Translations under genes and position numbers: made by a program
The notes under the pieces: generated by a model
The model's input: the letters and a program-made list of their open reading frames with translations, nothing else
Told to the model about the DNA's origin: nothing
Databases searched by the model: none
In this document: positions 59,571-64,000 of the stretch, one piece after another
How the letters are laid out: each line of letters opens with the position of its first letter
Numbering within the stretch: position 1 is the stretch's first letter
Origin: Thermodesulfobacteriota bacterium
Lineage (GTDB): Bacteria > Desulfobacterota_D > UBA1144 > Nemesobacterales > UBA2774
Direction of reading: 5' to 3'
Assembly: GCA_965216785.1 (NCBI GenBank)
Contig: OZ244197.1
Location: 2,016,001-2,080,000 of the forward strand
DNA length: 64,000 nucleotides

Positions 59571-61025
59571 TTATTTTCTCCAAAACAGCGGGGTGAAAAA
59601 GACGAGCACCGTATAAATCTCAAGCCTCCCGAGAAGCATCAGGAAACACAGCCAGAGCTTTGAGAAGACTGATAGGAATTTATAGTGATAAGCCGCGCCT
59701 ACTTCCTCGAAACCCGGTCCTACGTTCGCGAGCGTTGCGGTGCAGGCCGAAAGAGCTCCCAGTATAGATATATCTTCAATCGATAGAACCACTAATACCG
59801 AGACCACCAATATCACAATGAACAAAAGGAAGAAGCTCGTCACGCTCGAAATGACCTCTTCGCTGACAGCCCGTTTATCAATCCTTACCGGGAGCACAGC
59901 TTTTGGCATGATGAGATGGTTGATCTCTCTGATGCCCTTTTTTATCAGAACCAGGACCCTGATAACTTTTATGGAGCCTGTGGTGGAGCCCGCGCATCCG
60001 CCTATGAACATGACGGTCAGTAGAGCGAATACGGCGAATTTCGGCCAGAGGCCGAAATCGGTAGAGCTGAAGCCGGTGCCCGTCAATATGGAAACTACCT
60101 GAAACGACCCGTATTTGAGCGCTTCTAAAAACCCGGGGTATTCACGCAGCCGAAGATCAAGGGTGACTACGACGATGAAGATAAGGATCAAGGTTATGAA
60201 GAACCTGAACTCTGAGCTGTGTAAGAGCTTTGAAAATTTGCCTGTGAAAAAAAGATAGAGAAGAAGGAAGTTTGAGCCGCCGATGATCATGAAAATGATT
60301 ACGATAAATTCCACAAGTGTGCTGTCGTAAGCGCCGATGCTGGCGTTGTATATGGAAAAGCCCCCCGTGGAAATGGTGCTGAACGTAGTGGTAATCGACT
60401 CAAAAGCGCTCAAGCCTGAAAGGTAGAGAAGCACTATCAAAAGAGCGGAAAGGGCTACGTATATGAACCATAGTTTTTTAGCGGTGTCGGCAATCTGGGG
60501 GGTAAGTCTTTCGGTCTTGGGCCCCGGGGCTTCTAGGCTCATAAGCTGCATTCCTCCCACCGAGAGCTTGGGGAGCACGGCAATAGCGAGCAGGATGATA
60601 CCCATTCCCCCGAGCCACTGTGTAAAGCTTCTGTAAAAGAGCAGCCCGCGCGGCAGGACTTCTATGTTGGAAATAATAGTGGCCCCCGTGGTGGTGTACC
60701 CAGAGATTGATTCGAATAACGCGTCTACGGGGCTGAAAACCGATGGTATGAATAGATAGGGCAAAGAGCCGAACAGGCTTGCCGCGATCCAGCAAGACAG
60801 CGCGATGAAAAACGCGTCTTTTCTGTAGAGCTCTTTTGCTTGCTTTGCTTCTTTGGTCGCTCTTTCTACTACAAAACCCAGCACAGAGGTCGTAAAGGCC
60901 GTAAGCAAAAAAATATACCAATCGGAGTCTCTGTAAATTATCGAGCAGATAGCCGGGAGTAACTGTAGTAATCCGAAAAATTTAAGGAATGTGCCGACTA
61001 CATGAAGGGACAGTTTAATGTTCAT
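59571..61025 (-). CDS. trkH: TrkH potassium uptake membrane protein
   Basis: FESISGYTTTGAT, QWLGGMG, STGGFS, GGCAGSTTG, LANVGPG, LLGRLE. Confidence 0.95.
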   Translation of the reverse strand: MNIKLSLHVVGTFLKFFGLLQLLPAICSIIYRDSDWYIFLLTAFTTSVLGFVVERATKEAKQAKELYRKDAFFIALSCWIAASLFGSLPYLFIPSVFSPVDALFESISGYTTTGATIISNIEVLPRGLLFYRSFTQWLGGMGIILLAIAVLPKLSVGGMQLMSLEAPGPKTERLTPQIADTAKKLWFIYVALSALLIVLLYLSGLSAFESITTTFSTISTGGFSIYNASIGAYDSTLVEFIVIIFMIIGGSNFLLLYLFFTGKFSKLLHSSEFRFFITLILIFIVVVTLDLRLREYPGFLEALKYGSFQVVSILTGTGFSSTDFGLWPKFAVFALLTVMFIGGCAGSTTGSIKVIRVLVLIKKGIREINHLIMPKAVLPVRIDKRAVSEEVISSVTSFFLLFIVILVVSVLVVLSIEDISILGALSACTATLANVGPGFEEVGAAYHYKFLSVFSKLWLCFLMLLGRLEIYTVLVFFTPLFWRK

Positions 61026-61326
61026 ATTGTTTCACATTCTGCGCGCCGCAGAAGCGGCGGGCGGTCATTACACCGCGTGATCGTTTGTGAATTGTTTATT
61101 TGCGCGATATTCGCTTAGTCAGGCTACATAGGAATAATATATCAATATTCACCTATATCAAAAAAATTCCGGCCTCACTGCTTCGCGCGTATCGCATAGC
61201 CCGGGTGTAAGGGGGGAAGCACGGACTTGCTTTTTTGTCTTTCTATTGCGTTATGATACGTTCGGGTCTCTTTGCCGCCCGAAAGGGGGGTGTTTAATTT
61301 ATGGGATGGAATATAGCTCTGTGCGC

Positions 61327-61590
61327 TCAGTAGGATGCGCCTTGCTCGTGGGGACTGTAGGTGCCTCCCGGGACGCATTTGTCATATAGTCCGCCGTTTT
61401 GGGTGCATTCCGCGTCACCATGGCACACGTAGCCTTCCCAGCAGTCAGATTGCGGGTCGTCGGGTTTGTGGATACAGTCGCATAAAGGCACAGCTATAAG
61501 CACTTCGGGTTGTTTGGAGCAGCCGGAGAATATCGCTATGCTTATGAGGATGAGCGGAACTAGCAGGAATGTTCTGTAATGTATGGACAT
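61327..61590 (-). CDS. Small Cys-rich lipoprotein
   Basis: GGAGG RBS, lipobox FSGC, six further Cys. Confidence 0.65.
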   Translation of the reverse strand: MSIHYRTFLLVPLILISIAIFSGCSKQPEVLIAVPLCDCIHKPDDPQSDCWEGYVCHGDAECTQNGGLYDKCVPGGTYSPHEQGASY

Positions 61591-61735
61591 AGGTGCCTCC
61601 AAGGGTTTACGTAACACATATTATACCGATAAATCGGCGCGGAGCTAAGGCTTTATTTTCCTGACGAACCGCGCCCGCAGGCTCGAAGCATTTATGCGTT
61701 TGTTGTAAGAGCCGCGCGAAAGCTATATCCTAAAT

Positions 61736-62344
61736 ATGGTCATGAATAACTTAAGTCCACTAAGCGAGGCGTGCGAGAGGAACAAGGGGCCCATACTGAA
61801 AATTCTCCGCGGGGCGTTTAGGGATGTACGCTCGGTGCTGGAGATCGGAAGCGGCACGGGGCAGCACGCTGTTCATTTCGCGAAGAACCTGCCGTACCTT
61901 ACCTGGCAGCCTAGTGATCTGCCTGAGTACCTGCCCGGCATTAAGGCGAGGCTGGAACAAGAGGGCTCATCTAACATTGAGGAGCCCGTTCTGCTTGACG
62001 TTACCGCGAGGCCCTGGGAAGTAGGGAGTTTCGAGGGTGTATTCACTGCAAATACGTTTCACATTATGTCAGAAGCTTTGGTGGAGCTGTTCTTTCTCGG
62101 TCTTGATGCGGCGCTCAAGGACGGCGGGACTCTGTGCGTATACGGCCCGTTCAATTACGGCGGGGAATATACGAGCGAGAGTAACGAGAGGTTCGATGAA
62201 TTCCTCCAGAGCCGCGACCGGAAAAGCGGCATAAGGGATTTTGAGTGGGTGAACTCTCTTGGGGAGGCCCGAGGACTCAAACTGCTGCACGATCACGAAA
62301 TGCCCGCCAATAACCGCCTGCTCGAATGGCGGAAAGTATCTTAA
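61736..62344 (+). CDS. DUF938 SAM-dependent methyltransferase
   Basis: ACERNKGPI, VLEIGSGTGQH, WQPSD, YGPF, MPANN. Confidence 0.92.
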   Translation: MVMNNLSPLSEACERNKGPILKILRGAFRDVRSVLEIGSGTGQHAVHFAKNLPYLTWQPSDLPEYLPGIKARLEQEGSSNIEEPVLLDVTARPWEVGSFEGVFTANTFHIMSEALVELFFLGLDAALKDGGTLCVYGPFNYGGEYTSESNERFDEFLQSRDRKSGIRDFEWVNSLGEARGLKLLHDHEMPANNRLLEWRKVS

Positions 62345-62448
62345 ATAAACTTATCTTACTTATTTATTAGAGAAACAGATTGTTTCCTTCCCTGGTAGCT
62401 GATATAATCGGAAAGACCAGTAAAAGCTTAAGTCAAGGAGGTAGTTAT

Positions 62449-62895
62449 ATGTACTTATTTAGATATATATGGAGCATTGCGCCGGTTTTTCTAATAATAG
62501 CCGCATTATCAATTGGTAGTGAGGTGAATGCCCAGGAAACAGAGGCAACGGTCGAAGAGCAGGTAGCTGCGGAGATGCCGGTGCTCAAAGGGGACATCTG
62601 GGTAACTATGACCCCCGCGTCCAAGCTCGCTTTCGTGTGGGGAGCCGGGCACGTGGTAACCATCGAGCAGGTGCTGATGCGTCAGTACCCCGAGCTTAAG
62701 AGAGAGAGTTTTGTTCTTAAGGTCGCGGAGTCTCAGGCCGCGAGTCCTATGAAAATGCAGGAAGTTGTCGCAACTGTAGATAACTTCTACACTCAAAACC
62801 CCGATAAGCTGGAGACGCCGGTTATGCACGTAATCTGGGACACGATGATAGTACCCAACATCCAGACCGGTATAGGCGGACAGCCGGTTAATTAG
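62449..62895 (+). CDS. Hypothetical exported protein
   Basis: AGGAGG RBS, signal peptide ending VNA. Confidence 0.7.
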   Translation: MYLFRYIWSIAPVFLIIAALSIGSEVNAQETEATVEEQVAAEMPVLKGDIWVTMTPASKLAFVWGAGHVVTIEQVLMRQYPELKRESFVLKVAESQAASPMKMQEVVATVDNFYTQNPDKLETPVMHVIWDTMIVPNIQTGIGGQPVN

Positions 62896-63014
62896 AATGA
62901 GGACAGAGGCTGGGGGCCGCGAGCGAACATAGTGTGTGAGCGAGAGCAGGCATAAAATATAAGCGAGCGATGCCGGGGTAGGAATAAAATTATTAATACC
63001 AAGGAGAATAAACA

Positions 63015-63233
63015 ATGAAAAATGTTAAATATTTGATCGCGGGACTAGTACTCGTAACTTGCCTCACCGGGTGCTCCGGGATGTCGAGCACAGAGAAGAG
63101 CACGCTTGGCGGCGCGGCTATCGGCGCGGGCGCCGGAGCGGGTATCACAGCCATAGCCGGGGGTAACCCTTGGGTGGGAGCAGGGCTCGGAGCCGCAGCG
63201 GGCGGACTGACCGGGTACTTAGTCGGGAAATAG
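63015..63233 (+). CDS. Glycine-zipper lipoprotein (OsmB-like)
   Basis: Lipobox LTGC; GAAIGAGAG...GAGLGAAAGG. Confidence 0.85.
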   Translation: MKNVKYLIAGLVLVTCLTGCSGMSSTEKSTLGGAAIGAGAGAGITAIAGGNPWVGAGLGAAAGGLTGYLVGK

Positions 63234-63258
63234 GGATTTTTAAAAGACAGCTCCCATA

Positions 63259-63744
63259 TTATTCGCCGGGGTGCAGAAAACTTTCGGTTGAGAGCACGGC
63301 CGCGTATGTCATATATGAGGCGACTGCGCCCGCGAACACCGCGACTGCCGGTATTACAATATAGGTGGATATCTCGGCGTATTTCGGAAAGGCGGCTCTT
63401 AACAGCAGTGCCAGGCCCAGGACGAAAATAAACGCAAGTACCGCGCGAAAGAGCGCTTTAATGAGAGTTATCCTGAACCAGGGGATATCTCCCGCGCCTT
63501 CTTCCTTATGGGTCTTGAGTGTAATCCAGACCGTGACAAACGTGACTGCTATGCTTATTATTAGGGCTCTAGGGATTAACGCGCCTATTAAAGAGTGGTT
63601 CCATTTCTCAGCAACAAGCGCGAACAGCGGTACTTCGGTCTTACCCATAAGCGCGAAATAGAGGATCACGATGTTTACGATTCCCGCGGCTATACCGCTT
63701 GTCAGGGCGCGTCTTTTCGCAAACTTTATCAATATTTCCGACAT
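63259..63744 (-). CDS. Hypothetical 4-TM membrane protein
   Basis: Four hydrophobic segments. Confidence 0.65.
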   Translation of the reverse strand: MSEILIKFAKRRALTSGIAAGIVNIVILYFALMGKTEVPLFALVAEKWNHSLIGALIPRALIISIAVTFVTVWITLKTHKEEGAGDIPWFRITLIKALFRAVLAFIFVLGLALLLRAAFPKYAEISTYIVIPAVAVFAGAVASYMTYAAVLSTESFLHPGE

Positions 63745-63881
63745 CAGAGTAGTTATGATACATTAAAAATTGTATATCTATAAGCCGGGCTTTAGTTTTT
63801 ATAAAACTGCAATAGCATGCTATTAAGATGTCTTAATCTTGCTCACAGACACATAGTAGGTACAATTAATCTCTCAACTGC

Positions 63882-63958
63882 GCGCCCGTAGCTCAACTGG
63901 ACAGAGTGCTTGACTACGGATCAAGAGGTTGGGGGTTCGACTCCCTCCGGGCGCGCCA
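63882..63958 (+). tRNA. tRNA-Arg(ACG)
   Basis: GCGCCCG/CGGGCGC acceptor stem, CTTGA-CTACGGA-TCAAG anticodon arm, CCA end. Confidence 0.97.
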
Positions 63959-64000
63959 GGATATCCTGCTAGTCAGATATTAGCAACATAGTGAGTAGTC

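Noticed and set aside
12052-63783. Many antisense or overlapping ORFs in the track (e.g. 13737-14285, 17383-17889, 27682-28239, 32834-33466, 48861-49481)
   Set aside because: Shadows of well-supported genes on the other strand or frame, with no motifs or RBS.

Overview
Bacterial chromosomal window; the IPTL-CTERM protein and general gene content are compatible with Ca. Dadabacteria/Desulfobacterota, but this is an inference. 1-11730 is the AT-rich right end of an integrative element. It ends in a C-terminally truncated tyrosine integrase that runs into a duplicated 3' fragment of tRNA-Leu(TAG) (att site). Its cargo is envelope proteins plus three nuclease-type genes (PD-(D/E)xK-DUF5655, ABC-ATPase-HEPN, HNH). 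The cargo genes are separated by pieces of one recurring non-coding/micro-ORF backbone, which suggests a cassette-like build. The rest is mostly core genome: GT1, argJ, Cj0069-like ATP-grasp, patatin, msrB, a MarR-controlled thioredoxin-like redox cluster with twin palindromic operators, tig-clpP-clpX-lon, and tRNA-Val/tRNA-Asp. A 12-kb accessory locus follows, with three exported RNase Z/AtsA-type MBL hydrolases, outer-membrane barrels, TetR, an atypical ZnuA and a His-rich MacB/LolCDE-type ABC system. After that come an FAD/Fe-S oxidoreductase, ZIP, a multi-PAS hybrid kinase, DUF4301, Hpt, an M49-like protein, GT-C, an orphan STAND NTPase, trkH, small lipoproteins and tRNA-Arg. Three sigma54 promoters and several apparently leaderless sigma70 promoters are visible. 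No CRISPR array or rRNA was seen. All family calls come from motif recognition by eye; no database searches were run.
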